Positions 28,480 to 37,805 of a stretch of DNA of 64,000 bases are shown here, piece by piece; the stretch's first letter is position 1; the number at the start of each line of letters is the position of its first letter. Source of the stretch: Deltaproteobacteria bacterium (GTDB lineage Bacteria > Desulfobacterota > Binatia > UBA12015); NCBI GenBank assembly GCA_016874795.1, contig VGTG01000005.1:15393-79392 (forward strand), written 5' to 3'. A program made the position numbers and the translations under genes. The notes under the pieces are model-generated. The model saw only the letters and a program-made list of their open reading frames with translations, did no database searches and had not been told where the DNA came from.

Positions 28480-29645
28480 AGCCGAAAGGCGGCGGCGTGC
28501 GGCGGTTCGTCTCGAACGTCCTCGCGATCGCGTACAAGGAGGGCTCTCTCCTTCGCCACGATCGTACCATCGTGCAGAACGTCCTTCTGCAGCCGATCAC
28601 GCTGCTCCTCGTGATGGGCTTCGGTCTTCGCTACACGCCCCGCGACGTCCACTGGGCGGTGCTCGACCAGAGCGAGACCGCAGCTTCCCGGCAGCTCGTG
28701 ACGGACATCCAGTCGAGCGGCTACTTCTCGCCGCCGGAGCGCGTCGGGAGCCGGACGGAGGGACGCGCGCTGCTGAACCGCGGTCGAGCGACGGTTCTCC
28801 TCGTGATCCCGGACGACTTCCGGCGCGAGGTCGCGCGCGGACGCCCGACCGTGCAGCTCCTTCTCGACGGGACCGATCCGCTGACGGCCGCGCGCGTGTC
28901 GGGCTACGTCTCGCAGATCGCGGCGCAGTTCGAGGCGACGTCCGTGCCCTCGTCGCGCGAGCGTTCCGGCGAGCCGACGACGAGCGGCCCGGGGCGCGCG
29001 CCGCCGATCGAGCTCCGCGAGGAGTTCCGCTACAACCCGACACTCCGCGACGTGAACTTCTACTTGTCGGCGCTCTCCGGATTCCTGCTCACGAACATCT
29101 GCCTCGCCGCGGCGAGCCTCGGTCTCGTCGCCGAGAAGGAGAACGGGACGTACGAGCAGATGCTCGCCCAGCCCGCGACGGCCCTGCAGATCATCCTCGG
29201 GAAGCTGATCCCGAGCGTCGTGATGAGCTACGTCGCGCTGACGATCGGCATCGTCGGCGCCGGCCTGCTCTTCGGCTACTGGCCGAAGGGGAGCGTGATC
29301 GTCTTCGCGGCGACGACGCTCCCCTTCATCCTCGCGACGCTCGGCATCGGGACCTTCGTTTCGGCGCTCGCGCGCACGTCGGCGCAAGCCATCTTCATTG
29401 CGGTCTTCTTCATCATGCCGTCGTTCGTGCTCTCGGGCTCGATGCTGCCGTACGCCCTGATGCCGCACGGCGTCCGCGAGGTCGGCGCGCTGTTTCCGCT
29501 CCGCTGGTACCAGATCCTCTCGCGCCGGATCATCGAGCGCGGCGCGGGCCTGGAGGAGGTGATGGTGCCGACGCTCGTGCTGGTCGCGCTCTTCGCCGGC
29601 ATCCTCGTCGGGATCCGCTGGCGGATGAAGCCGCGTCTCGGCTGA
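28476..29645 (+). CDS. ABC-2 type transporter permease (second).
   Basis: Same topology (YbhR-like); GTG start overlaps the upstream stop (GTGA). Confidence 0.8.
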   Translation: MKPKGGGVRRFVSNVLAIAYKEGSLLRHDRTIVQNVLLQPITLLLVMGFGLRYTPRDVHWAVLDQSETAASRQLVTDIQSSGYFSPPERVGSRTEGRALLNRGRATVLLVIPDDFRREVARGRPTVQLLLDGTDPLTAARVSGYVSQIAAQFEATSVPSSRERSGEPTTSGPGRAPPIELREEFRYNPTLRDVNFYLSALSGFLLTNICLAAASLGLVAEKENGTYEQMLAQPATALQIILGKLIPSVVMSYVALTIGIVGAGLLFGYWPKGSVIVFAATTLPFILATLGIGTFVSALARTSAQAIFIAVFFIMPSFVLSGSMLPYALMPHGVREVGALFPLRWYQILSRRIIERGAGLEEVMVPTLVLVALFAGILVGIRWRMKPRLG

Positions 29646-29657
29646 GCAGGGGCACGC

Positions 29658-29978
29658 TCATCCCGGATCGTCGTCTTCGCGCGGCCTGAGCCAGACGCGC
29701 ATCGCGCCGTCGTTGCCGCTCCCGTCGAGCTGGCGCTCGAAGCGCTCGACCCAGTCGCCCGCGTTCTGCTCGATCCACGCAGGGACCGCCTGGCGCAAGA
29801 CGCCGACGCCGCCCGGCGAGCCGCGTCCCTTTCCGTACACGATGCGGACCTGCGGCTCGCCGCGCGCGCGCGCTTCGGAGAGGAACGCGCGTGTCTCGTC
29901 GAGCGCTTCGCGGACGCCGAGGCCGTGCAGGTCGAGCGTGGGGACGATCCCGAAGAGCCGCCGCAGGAGCGAGCGCAT
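29658..29978 (-). CDS. Smr-domain protein.
   Basis: LDLHGLGVREALDE...RIVYGKGRGSPGGVGVLRQAVPAWI matches the Smr (MutS2 C-terminal) domain; 106 aa. Confidence 0.7.
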   Translation of the reverse strand: MRSLLRRLFGIVPTLDLHGLGVREALDETRAFLSEARARGEPQVRIVYGKGRGSPGGVGVLRQAVPAWIEQNAGDWVERFERQLDGSGNDGAMRVWLRPREDDDPG

Positions 29979-29999
29979 GCGGGGGGCGTCGCCGTGGCT

Positions 30000-30962
30000 C
30001 TACGGGTCGTAGCGAACGAGGTGTCCCTGCGTCGCGAGGTCGTCGAGAGCGCCCTCGAGATCGCCGCCGGATCCGAGGTAGCGATCGAGGAAGGCGATAA
30101 CGAGGTCACGCGTGCGCTCGAGCGCGGGATCGACCTCGCCGAACACCTCGATCAGATCGACGTGGTCTGCTTCGGATTGGACGACGAGCGCACGCGGCGC
30201 TTCGATCGCGCCGTAGAGGCTCTCCGAGGAAGCCGGTGGGACGATCGGATCGTCGCTCCCGCTCGTCACGAGCGTCGGTGGTCCCGAAGCGGAGATCGGT
30301 CCGAAGAAGCCCTCCGCGGCGATCTCGATGCCCGCGACGAGCACCACCGCACCGACGCGCCGGTCCGTGCAGCACGCGCTCCGGCTGTGCGCGATCGCGG
30401 TGACTCCGCCGAGCGAGTGTCCGAGGATGCCGATCCGCTCCGGATCGATGCGACCCGAGAGGGAGTCGCCGCTCGAGGCGCTCGCGGCGAGGAGCTCGTC
30501 GATCACGAACGAGAGGTCCGCCGGCTGCTCGACGACGTCGCCGATCGCGCTCGGATGTCCGCCTGGCGCCTGGTCGTTCGTCAGCGGGAAGCGGACCGCG
30601 GCGACGACGTAGCCGGCCTCCGCGAGCCAGCGGCCGATCGTCTCGAAGCGCTCCGTGCTGCCGCCGAAGCCGTGCGCGAGAACGAAGAGCGCGCAGCCGT
30701 TTCGGCTGCACGCGGGCGCGCTCCGCGGCGCGCTCGAAGCGAACCAGAGGCGCGTCTGGAGCGTCCGCTCCGGAGCGCCGGGGAACGTCGCGTTCGGGCG
30801 GGTCGCGCGAGAGGAATCGACGAGATCGCGCACTTCGGCCCGGACCTCGACGGGGCCGGAGCCGGCGGGACCCGACCCGACGGGGTCGCTGCTGCCGCAG
30901 GCGGCGAGCGCGAAAAGGAAGGGAAGGGCGAGCGAGGCGCGTGCGCGAGTCCGTGGAGGCAT
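30000..30962 (-). CDS. Alpha/beta-hydrolase lipoprotein (PAF-acetylhydrolase / chlorophyllase-like).
   Basis: Lipobox FALAAC and nucleophile elbow GHSLGG; Asp and His (EADHVD) lie downstream. Confidence 0.75.
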   Translation of the reverse strand: MPPRTRARASLALPFLFALAACGSSDPVGSGPAGSGPVEVRAEVRDLVDSSRATRPNATFPGAPERTLQTRLWFASSAPRSAPACSRNGCALFVLAHGFGGSTERFETIGRWLAEAGYVVAAVRFPLTNDQAPGGHPSAIGDVVEQPADLSFVIDELLAASASSGDSLSGRIDPERIGILGHSLGGVTAIAHSRSACCTDRRVGAVVLVAGIEIAAEGFFGPISASGPPTLVTSGSDDPIVPPASSESLYGAIEAPRALVVQSEADHVDLIEVFGEVDPALERTRDLVIAFLDRYLGSGGDLEGALDDLATQGHLVRYDP

Positions 30963-31024
30963 CCGCGGACCCTACTCCGCCCGGCCGAAGCGGACCAGAG
31001 GGTGCGTCCGTCGCCGGAGCGCTT

Positions 31025-32176
31025 CTACGCGCCCGGCACGTCCAGCCCGTAGACGCGGGCCGCCGTCTCGTAGAGCACCTTCCGCTGTACGCGCGGCTCG
31101 AGCTTGCCCAGGGTCTGATGCACCTTCTCGCGCACGCCGGGGTAGAGGCACGTCGGGTGCGGGAAGTCGGTCTCGAACATCAGGTTGTCCTCGCCGAGCT
31201 TGTCGAGCGCCGTCGCGATCTCGTTCTCGAACCAGTAGGACGCGTAGATCTGGCGCTGGAAGTACTCGCGCGGTCGGAGGCCGAGTCCCTTCACCCCGTT
31301 CTCGTCCATCTGGTACTCGGCGCACTCGATCAGGAACGGGATCCAGCCGACGCCGCTCTCGACCGAGACGAAGTTCAGCTTCGGGAACCGGTCGAGAAGT
31401 CCGCTGAAGATCAGGTTCGTGATGCAGCGCATGTTGCCCATGTCGGCGAGGGTCGACATCGCCGCGATCCATGCGCCTTCGCTCGGGCTCTTCCACACGG
31501 CGCCCATCGGACCGCCGCCGCCGATGTGGAAGTTGACCGGGAGACCGCGCTCCTGTGCCGCGGCCCACAGCGGATCCCAGTGCGGCTCCGAGAGCATCGG
31601 AAAGCCCCACACCTCGGGCGAGTCCGTGATCACGATCCCGGTGAGCCCGAGCTCGTCGTGGCTCCGCTCGAGCTCGCGCACCGACAGGTCGATGTCCCAG
31701 ATCGGGAGAACTGCCTGCGGGAAGAGGCGGCCGCCGCTCTCCGCCTGGATCGCCGCGACGCCGTCGTTGTAGCCCGTCACGCAGAAGTTCCGCAGCGCCT
31801 CGTCCTTGACGTTCATCACGAAGCTGCCCGTGAAGCCGAGGACGTTCGGGTAGAGGATCTGCATCGTGATGCCGAAGTCGTCCATCACGGCGAGCCGCGC
31901 GGCCGTCTGCGAAGCGCCCGGATGGACCTCGGCGAAGGTGTCCAGCGAGACGCGGCCGTTCGCCTTGCTCCCGTCCGGACGGATCACGCAGTAGCCGACC
32001 GGGCCGAGAACGAGATCGCGATCGACGACCCACTGCTCGCGTCCGTCGGGCGTGCGCTCGACGCGCGGCGCCCGGTCGCGGAGGCTCGCCGGTGCACGCG
32101 ACATCCAGAAGTCCGGCGGCTCCGTGAAGTGCGTGTCGACGTCGACGATCGGCATTGCGTCGAGATCTCGTTCCAT
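31025..32176 (-). CDS. Amidohydrolase-2 family metal-dependent hydrolase.
   Basis: DVDTHFTEPPDFW N-terminal His motif and FETDFPHP C-terminal motif. Start MERDL (ATG 32174-32176) carries GGAGGAG. Confidence 0.8.
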   Translation of the reverse strand: MERDLDAMPIVDVDTHFTEPPDFWMSRAPASLRDRAPRVERTPDGREQWVVDRDLVLGPVGYCVIRPDGSKANGRVSLDTFAEVHPGASQTAARLAVMDDFGITMQILYPNVLGFTGSFVMNVKDEALRNFCVTGYNDGVAAIQAESGGRLFPQAVLPIWDIDLSVRELERSHDELGLTGIVITDSPEVWGFPMLSEPHWDPLWAAAQERGLPVNFHIGGGGPMGAVWKSPSEGAWIAAMSTLADMGNMRCITNLIFSGLLDRFPKLNFVSVESGVGWIPFLIECAEYQMDENGVKGLGLRPREYFQRQIYASYWFENEIATALDKLGEDNLMFETDFPHPTCLYPGVREKVHQTLGKLEPRVQRKVLYETAARVYGLDVPGA

Positions 32177-32214
32177 TGCGTTCTCCTCCGCCGGCGCCGT
32201 CGCGCCGATCGTGC

Positions 32215-33555
32215 TCAGCGCCGTTGCAGCCGCTTCGCGGAGGGAAGCCGGTGCGGCGTCGTGTTGCCGGAGTCGTCCGGGAACCGGAGGAACGGCTTCC
32301 GGCCTCGCGCGGGCGAGTAGTCCGTGCACTCGAGGCTCGACTCGATCGCCGCGAGCGTGTCGAGCGCCGCCCCGAGGACGGTCTGAACGTCCTGTCCGTC
32401 GAACGCTTGCGGCCCCGCGTCGACGATCGCGCGGAGCGCGTCCGAGGTGGTGCGGAGCGTGCTCTGATCCTCGGGCCGGAAGAGGTCGAGATCGGTGATC
32501 CCGCCGCGGACGATCCGATCGAGGATGACCGCGTCGTCGTACGTCGCGAGCGCGGGATTCGGTGCGACGAACGGCAGCCGGTCCTCGCGCTCGGCGAGCG
32601 TCGCCGAGAGCCGGTACGCGATCCGCGTCTGCTGCTCGAGCTTCTCGAAGTCGACGAGCTTCGCTTCGTCGTCGACGGTGTGATAGCAGGCGCCGGTCGC
32701 GTCGCTGAAGAAGACGGTCGGCACCTCGGCCGCGACGAAGCTCGCGTAGTCGCTGCGGAGCTGGCCGAAGATGTAGCTGAGACGCGCGACCGTGAGCGGG
32801 TCCGGCGCGGCGATCGTCCGCTCGGCACCGGCCGCTTCGTCGACCAGCGCGCCGAAGGCCTCACCGCCGGTCTCGGAGCTGATCGCGAACGTCGTGCGCG
32901 CGACCGCGGGCGTCAGCGCCGCGCCGAGGATGTCGAAGTTGACGTACGCGACGGTCTGCTCGATCGGAACGGGCGGGTTGGAGACGTAGTGCAGGGAGCC
33001 GAGGAGGCCGGCCTCCTCCGCGTCCCAGAGCGCGATGATCACGGAGCGCCGCGGCGCCTCCGGCAGCGCGCGGATCGCGCTTCCGACGGCCACCGCGGCG
33101 GCCGTTCCGGCGGCGTTGTCGGTTGCGCCGTTGTAGACGAGGTCTTCGCCGAGCGCGCTCCGCGTCGTCCCGAGGTGGTCGTAGTGCGCGCCGACGATCA
33201 CGTACTCGTTCGGTAGCTCGCGCCCGCGGATGAAGGCGAGGAGGTTCGTGCCGGCAGCGAACGGCTGCTTGTAGTCGTCGTCCTCGGTCCCGCCGTTCAG
33301 GCCCGGACCGATCCTGCGAAGCAGGTCGATGAGATACGCCTGGCTCCGCTCGGAGCCGCGCGTTCCTGGCGCGCGCCCCTCGAACGAGTCGCTGGCGAGC
33401 TTGGCGGTGAGGTCGCGCACGCCGGCGTCGGCGATCGCGGCGCCCGCTTCGATCTGGCCGGGGGTGAGGGCCCACGCCGAGGGGCCCGGGACCGAGAGAG
33501 TCGCTGCGGCGAGGAGGGACGAGACCAAGGGAAACGATCGGATCGTTCGAATCAT
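32215..33555 (-). CDS. M28-family peptidase (secreted aminopeptidase).
   Basis: Signal peptide followed by VIVGAHYDHLG, NGATDNAAG and ALWDAEEAGLLGS metal-ligand motifs. Confidence 0.8.
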   Translation of the reverse strand: MIRTIRSFPLVSSLLAAATLSVPGPSAWALTPGQIEAGAAIADAGVRDLTAKLASDSFEGRAPGTRGSERSQAYLIDLLRRIGPGLNGGTEDDDYKQPFAAGTNLLAFIRGRELPNEYVIVGAHYDHLGTTRSALGEDLVYNGATDNAAGTAAAVAVGSAIRALPEAPRRSVIIALWDAEEAGLLGSLHYVSNPPVPIEQTVAYVNFDILGAALTPAVARTTFAISSETGGEAFGALVDEAAGAERTIAAPDPLTVARLSYIFGQLRSDYASFVAAEVPTVFFSDATGACYHTVDDEAKLVDFEKLEQQTRIAYRLSATLAEREDRLPFVAPNPALATYDDAVILDRIVRGGITDLDLFRPEDQSTLRTTSDALRAIVDAGPQAFDGQDVQTVLGAALDTLAAIESSLECTDYSPARGRKPFLRFPDDSGNTTPHRLPSAKRLQRR

Positions 33556-33593
33556 TTCCCGGATCCATACTTCTTGCCTACGATTCCGGGCAA

Positions 33594-35516
33594 GTGCAGT
33601 CCGTCCATCAGCCGGCCCTCGACGGGCTCCGCGGCGCGTGTCTGATCGCCGTCCTTCTGTTCCACTCGGAGCGCTCGTGGATGTCAGGCGGGTTCCTCGG
33701 CGTCTCCACGTTCTTCACGCTCTCGGGCTTCCTGATCACGACGCTGCTGCTCGAGGAGCACGAGGCGAGCGGAACCCTCTCGTTGCGCGGCTTCTGGACG
33801 AAGCGCCTGCGCCGACTTCTCCCCGCGGCGACGCTGACGGTTGCGGCGGTCGTCGCCTCGGCGCCTCTCTGGCTCGACGGAACGCAGCGCGAGCGCCTCG
33901 CCGACGACGCGCTCGCGACGCTCTTCTGCGTCGTGAACTGGCGCTTCGCGGGCGGCGAGTATGCGTACACGCTGATCTTCACGGACCCGTCGCCGTTCCA
34001 GCACTTCTGGTCGCTCGCGATCGAGGGCCAGTTCTATCTCGTTTTCCCGCTCGCCGTGGGGCTGGCGCTCCGGCTCGGCGGCGGCCGGCGGACGCTCGCG
34101 GTCGTCGCGATGGTTCTTCTCGTCGGATCGGTCGCGATCGGCGTCCTGGCCGGTCCCCTGCAGCGGGCGCAGGACCGCCTCTACTATGGGACCGACGCGC
34201 GCGCCGCCGAGCTTCTCGCGGGCGTTCTTTTAGCTTGTCTCGCCCGCGGCGGCGCGGTCCCTCTGCGCGGAGCCGCGGCCCGGCTCCTCGCCATGGCGGG
34301 GACGATCGCGGCGATCGCGATTCTCGCCGCCTGGTCGCGCGCAGAGGTTGCGGATGCGTGGCTCTACCGGGGAGGGTTCGCCGCGTACGCTCTCGCTTCG
34401 GCGATCGTGATCGCGGCTGCGACGGCTCCGCGCGGCCCGGTCCGAGCGGTTCTCTCCGCCGGCACGCTCCGCGGGATCGGCGAGGTCTCGTACGGCGCGT
34501 ACCTCTATCACTGGCCGATCTTTCTCGTGCTCTCCGCCGAGCGGACGGGCCTGTCGCCCGCAACGCTTCTCGCCGTCCGCGTCGCGATCACCCTCGCGCT
34601 CGCGGCCCTTTCCCATCGATTCTTCGAGCTGCCCATCCGCCGCGCCGAGGTGCTGCGCGGGAGAAGCTTCGGTTTCGCTGCGACGGGAGCCGTCGCGGCC
34701 GTCGCCGCACTCGCGCTCGCCTCGAGCCCGATCTCGATCGAATTGCGCGGGCACTTGGCGCTGCACCGCGCACGTGAAATCCTGGAAGTCGGAACCGCGC
34801 GCTCCACGGAGGCTCCACGCTTCGCGATCTTCGGCGATTCGACCGCGGCGAGCTTGTGGAAGGGTCTCGGGCCGTGGCTGAGGGAGGAAGGGGGAGGGCA
34901 GACCGTGCCGGGCTCGGCGATCCTGGGCTGCGGGCTCATGACGTTCGGCGAGATCGAGAATCGCGGCGCCTGGCGGAAAGAGTGGAAGATGTGCCGCGGC
35001 ATGCCCGAGGCCTGGAGGGAGAGCGCGGAGCGCGCCCGCCCCGACGTCGCGATCGTCCTCGTCGGCTCATGGGAAGCGCGCAATCGACGCACGTCGCCGG
35101 ATGCGAAGACGATCGCGCTCGGCGATCCGGAGGTCGACGCGGCCGCGCGGAGCGCGATCGAGTCCGCGGTCGACGGCCTCACGGCGACGGGTGCGACGGT
35201 GGTATGGCTCACGTCGCCGCGCATCCGCGTTCCGCCGCGGAAGGGGCGGCTCTTCGACTCGGACCGGGCCGCTTCGGATCCGGCGCGCATGGATCGCCTC
35301 AACGAGATCGTCCGGGAGATCGCGCAGACGCGCCCCGAGATGCGGATCGTCGACCTGGCGACCTTCCTTCGCGATTGGCCGGGCGGCGAGCTCGACGAGT
35401 CGATCCGCACCGAGGGCGTGCATTTCTCCACCGAAGGTGCGAGCGAGATCGCGCGGCGTTGGCTGGGGCCGGAGATCGTGCGCGAGTATCGCCAGCGAAG
35501 CGGTTCGGGCGGATGA
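33594..35516 (+). CDS. Acyltransferase-3 (OafA/YrhL-like) membrane protein with a C-terminal SGNH hydrolase domain.
   Basis: LDGLRGACLIAVLLFH start, about 10 TM helices, then an SGNH region (FAIFGDSTA...VLVGSWEA...). Confidence 0.85.
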   Translation: MQSVHQPALDGLRGACLIAVLLFHSERSWMSGGFLGVSTFFTLSGFLITTLLLEEHEASGTLSLRGFWTKRLRRLLPAATLTVAAVVASAPLWLDGTQRERLADDALATLFCVVNWRFAGGEYAYTLIFTDPSPFQHFWSLAIEGQFYLVFPLAVGLALRLGGGRRTLAVVAMVLLVGSVAIGVLAGPLQRAQDRLYYGTDARAAELLAGVLLACLARGGAVPLRGAAARLLAMAGTIAAIAILAAWSRAEVADAWLYRGGFAAYALASAIVIAAATAPRGPVRAVLSAGTLRGIGEVSYGAYLYHWPIFLVLSAERTGLSPATLLAVRVAITLALAALSHRFFELPIRRAEVLRGRSFGFAATGAVAAVAALALASSPISIELRGHLALHRAREILEVGTARSTEAPRFAIFGDSTAASLWKGLGPWLREEGGGQTVPGSAILGCGLMTFGEIENRGAWRKEWKMCRGMPEAWRESAERARPDVAIVLVGSWEARNRRTSPDAKTIALGDPEVDAAARSAIESAVDGLTATGATVVWLTSPRIRVPPRKGRLFDSDRAASDPARMDRLNEIVREIAQTRPEMRIVDLATFLRDWPGGELDESIRTEGVHFSTEGASEIARRWLGPEIVREYRQRSGSGG

Positions 35517-36658
35517 AGCCCAGGTTTCTCGTTCTCGCTCTCGTTCTCGTCGCCGTCGTCGCGGCCGGGGCGATGCCCGCGTGCGCGCACGCATCGTTCC
35601 TGTCCGAATCGATCGCGGACGGGAAGAGCTGGCTCTCCGAGCACGACGTCGAGCTCTCGCTCGATGCGGCGTTCTTCGAGGAGTACGCGAGCCGTACGAT
35701 CGACGACGTCGCGAAGGACACCGCGACGTTCGCGTGGCTTCTGACGGGCGACTGGCGGTTTCTCGAATCCGGGCGCTTCGGGAACACCCACTTCGACTTG
35801 ACGCTGCTCGGCAGCGTCGGGCTCGGCTACGACACGGCGACGAATTCGCTCGGCGAGCGCGTCGGGACGATCTCCGGATTGAACAACGTCATCTATCCGG
35901 ACGGATTCGCCGTGGACGAGGTCTACTTCAAGCAGGTGCTGCCGAAGGATTGGTTGGTGCTCGAGGTCGGCATCCTCGACATGACGTACTACTTCGATAC
36001 GAACGCCGCCGCGAACAACGGCTTCACGCAGTTCTTCTCCTTCGCGTTCGAGGACAACCTCTCGATTCCGTTCCCGGTCTACGGCGGGCTCGGCGTGCGC
36101 GGCACGTTGAACCTCTGGAAGAGCCTGTACGTCCTGGCCGCCGCGAGCGAATCGTCCTCGACGCCGCGCACGACTCCGTGGGAGACGTTCGGCGCAGGCT
36201 CGTGGTGGGAGCTGTTGGAGATCGGCGTCCGCGTCGAGGTCGGATCGCTCGGCAAGGGCACGTATCGCCTGATTCCCTGGCACAACCGGATAAGCGGGGG
36301 AGGCGGCTTCGGCGTCGGATTGAACTTCGAGCAGAACCTCGCGTCGAAGCGTCTCACCGCGTTCGGGCGCTTCGGCATCGGGGATCCGGCCGAGACGGCC
36401 GTGAAGGGCACGGCTTCGCTGGGGCTCTCCTTCGCCGACCCGTTCGCGCGGGAGGGGGACGCCGTCGCGGGCGCCGTCTCGTGGGCGGATCCGAGCGATC
36501 CGGGTCCCTCCGAGACGTTCCTCGAGCTCTTCTATCTCTTCAACCTCACCGACGAGATCGGGATCACACCCGACCTGCAGGTGATCGTGAACCCTTCGGG
36601 CTTCCCGGACGCGGACGTGGTGCTCGTGGGTGGGGTGCGTCTCGTCCTCGCGTTTTGA
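35513..36658 (+). CDS. Secreted putative outer-membrane beta-barrel protein (porin-like), function unknown.
   Basis: Signal peptide MKPRFLVLALVLVAVVAAGA, alternating amphipathic strands, C-terminal Phe. ATG overlaps the acyltransferase stop (ATGA). Confidence 0.55.
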   Translation: MKPRFLVLALVLVAVVAAGAMPACAHASFLSESIADGKSWLSEHDVELSLDAAFFEEYASRTIDDVAKDTATFAWLLTGDWRFLESGRFGNTHFDLTLLGSVGLGYDTATNSLGERVGTISGLNNVIYPDGFAVDEVYFKQVLPKDWLVLEVGILDMTYYFDTNAAANNGFTQFFSFAFEDNLSIPFPVYGGLGVRGTLNLWKSLYVLAAASESSSTPRTTPWETFGAGSWWELLEIGVRVEVGSLGKGTYRLIPWHNRISGGGGFGVGLNFEQNLASKRLTAFGRFGIGDPAETAVKGTASLGLSFADPFAREGDAVAGAVSWADPSDPGPSETFLELFYLFNLTDEIGITPDLQVIVNPSGFPDADVVLVGGVRLVLAF

Positions 36659-36689
36659 TCCGATCGAATGGACTGGGTAGTCTACTCGA

Positions 36690-37172
36690 TTGGACACCTA
36701 CGGTCGTCCAGCAGATCGAAAGTCTCGATCTCACGCTTTGTTCCACGCAGGCACCGGCCTCGCTGCCCATCGGGCAATCGTGGCACTGGGCTTGCTGCTC
36801 TGGGTAAGCGTGGAATCTCCTCGAGCATCAAGGCGATCGTCGGAATCCCGCAACGGCTCGCGAGCCCGGTCTCGGGCGCGCATCAGCGGACCGAGGCGTC
36901 CTCCGCATCCGGGTCAGCTTCTCGCGAAGACGGTGCTCCCCCGCCTCGGAGTCTCGATCAGCCAGGCGGCGCGCGAGCTCGGCGTGACGAGGCAGACCCT
37001 GCACCGCTTGATGGCGGCGCAGGTCCCCGTCACGCCGGGGATCGCTCTCCGTCTCGGACGTTACTCCGGGCGCCCGGCGGAGCTCTGGCTGCTACTCCAG
37101 CAGGCGCACGATCTGTGGCATTCGCGGCGCGTGCTGCGCTCGCAGCTGACGCGCATTCCGAGCCGCGGCTAG
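36690..37172 (+). CDS. HigA-family antitoxin-like XRE DNA-binding protein; start uncertain, likely downstream of the listed one (for example GTG near 36810).
   Basis: HPGQLLAKTVLPRLGVSISQAARELGVTRQTLHRLMAAQVPVTPGIALRLGRYSGRPAELWLLLQQAHDLW matches the HigA consensus. The N-terminal about 55 aa of the ORF is Arg/Ser-rich junk, and no HigB-like ORF is found upstream. Confidence 0.5.
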   Translation: MDTYGRPADRKSRSHALFHAGTGLAAHRAIVALGLLLWVSVESPRASRRSSESRNGSRARSRARISGPRRPPHPGQLLAKTVLPRLGVSISQAARELGVTRQTLHRLMAAQVPVTPGIALRLGRYSGRPAELWLLLQQAHDLWHSRRVLRSQLTRIPSRG

Positions 37173-37179
37173 GCTTAGG

Positions 37180-37647
37180 CTACTTCGCCTTGCGCGCCGG
37201 CCCTCGCCGGCGCTTCCCGCCGCGCTTCTTGGTCGCGGACTTCGCCGGGCTTGCGTGCCCCGAGCCAGCCGCCTTCTCGTACTGGCCCTTGCCGATCCGC
37301 TTGACCTTCTTCGCTTCGAGCCAGCGGTTCAGCGCCGGGTAGACCTGAGCTCGGCCCTTCTGCTGTGCCTCCGGCTTGGCCATCACGTCGTCGACCGAGA
37401 AGGTCTTCGGAAGTCCCTCGAGGAGGGCATCCCAGCTGACGCGCGAGCTGCCTCCGCCCGAGCCGATCCGGCGCAAGGCGGCGACGCCTCCCCTGCCCCC
37501 GGCGCCCGCGCGACCGACCGCATCGCGCCAACGGTCTGCTTCGGCGAGCAGCTTTTTCAGCTCCGCCTCGCGCCGACCGATCTCTGCACCGAGTAGCGCC
37601 AACGTCCGTTGTGCATGCTTCTTAACCTGGTTGAAGACGTCGCTCAT
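37180..37647 (-). CDS. Hypothetical protein with a Lys/Arg-rich, histone-H1-like C-terminal tail.
   Basis: 155 aa ending ...AKSATKKRGGKRRRGPARKAK; upstream RBS AGAGGGGATGAAC-ATG; codon usage consistent with neighbouring genes. Confidence 0.5.
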   Translation of the reverse strand: MSDVFNQVKKHAQRTLALLGAEIGRREAELKKLLAEADRWRDAVGRAGAGGRGGVAALRRIGSGGGSSRVSWDALLEGLPKTFSVDDVMAKPEAQQKGRAQVYPALNRWLEAKKVKRIGKGQYEKAAGSGHASPAKSATKKRGGKRRRGPARKAK

Positions 37648-37805
37648 TGTTCATCCCCTCTTGCGATACTCCCTGCTTACTTCGTTACTTGATCCAGGGC
37701 GTTCTTGAAAGAGTAACAGAAACCGGACACGTTCCCAGCGAAAAGGCCGACACTTTCCCAGGATGAGGCGGGCGCGGGCTCATCCAACGAACGGAGGGGA
37801 AGAAC

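Noticed and set aside
36300-36900. Search for a HigB/RelE toxin partner upstream of the HigA-like gene.
   Set aside because: None of the three plus-strand frames gives a RelE/HigB-like sequence (no GxW...RIxF motif); only the end of the beta-barrel-like gene and Arg/Ser-rich noise are present.
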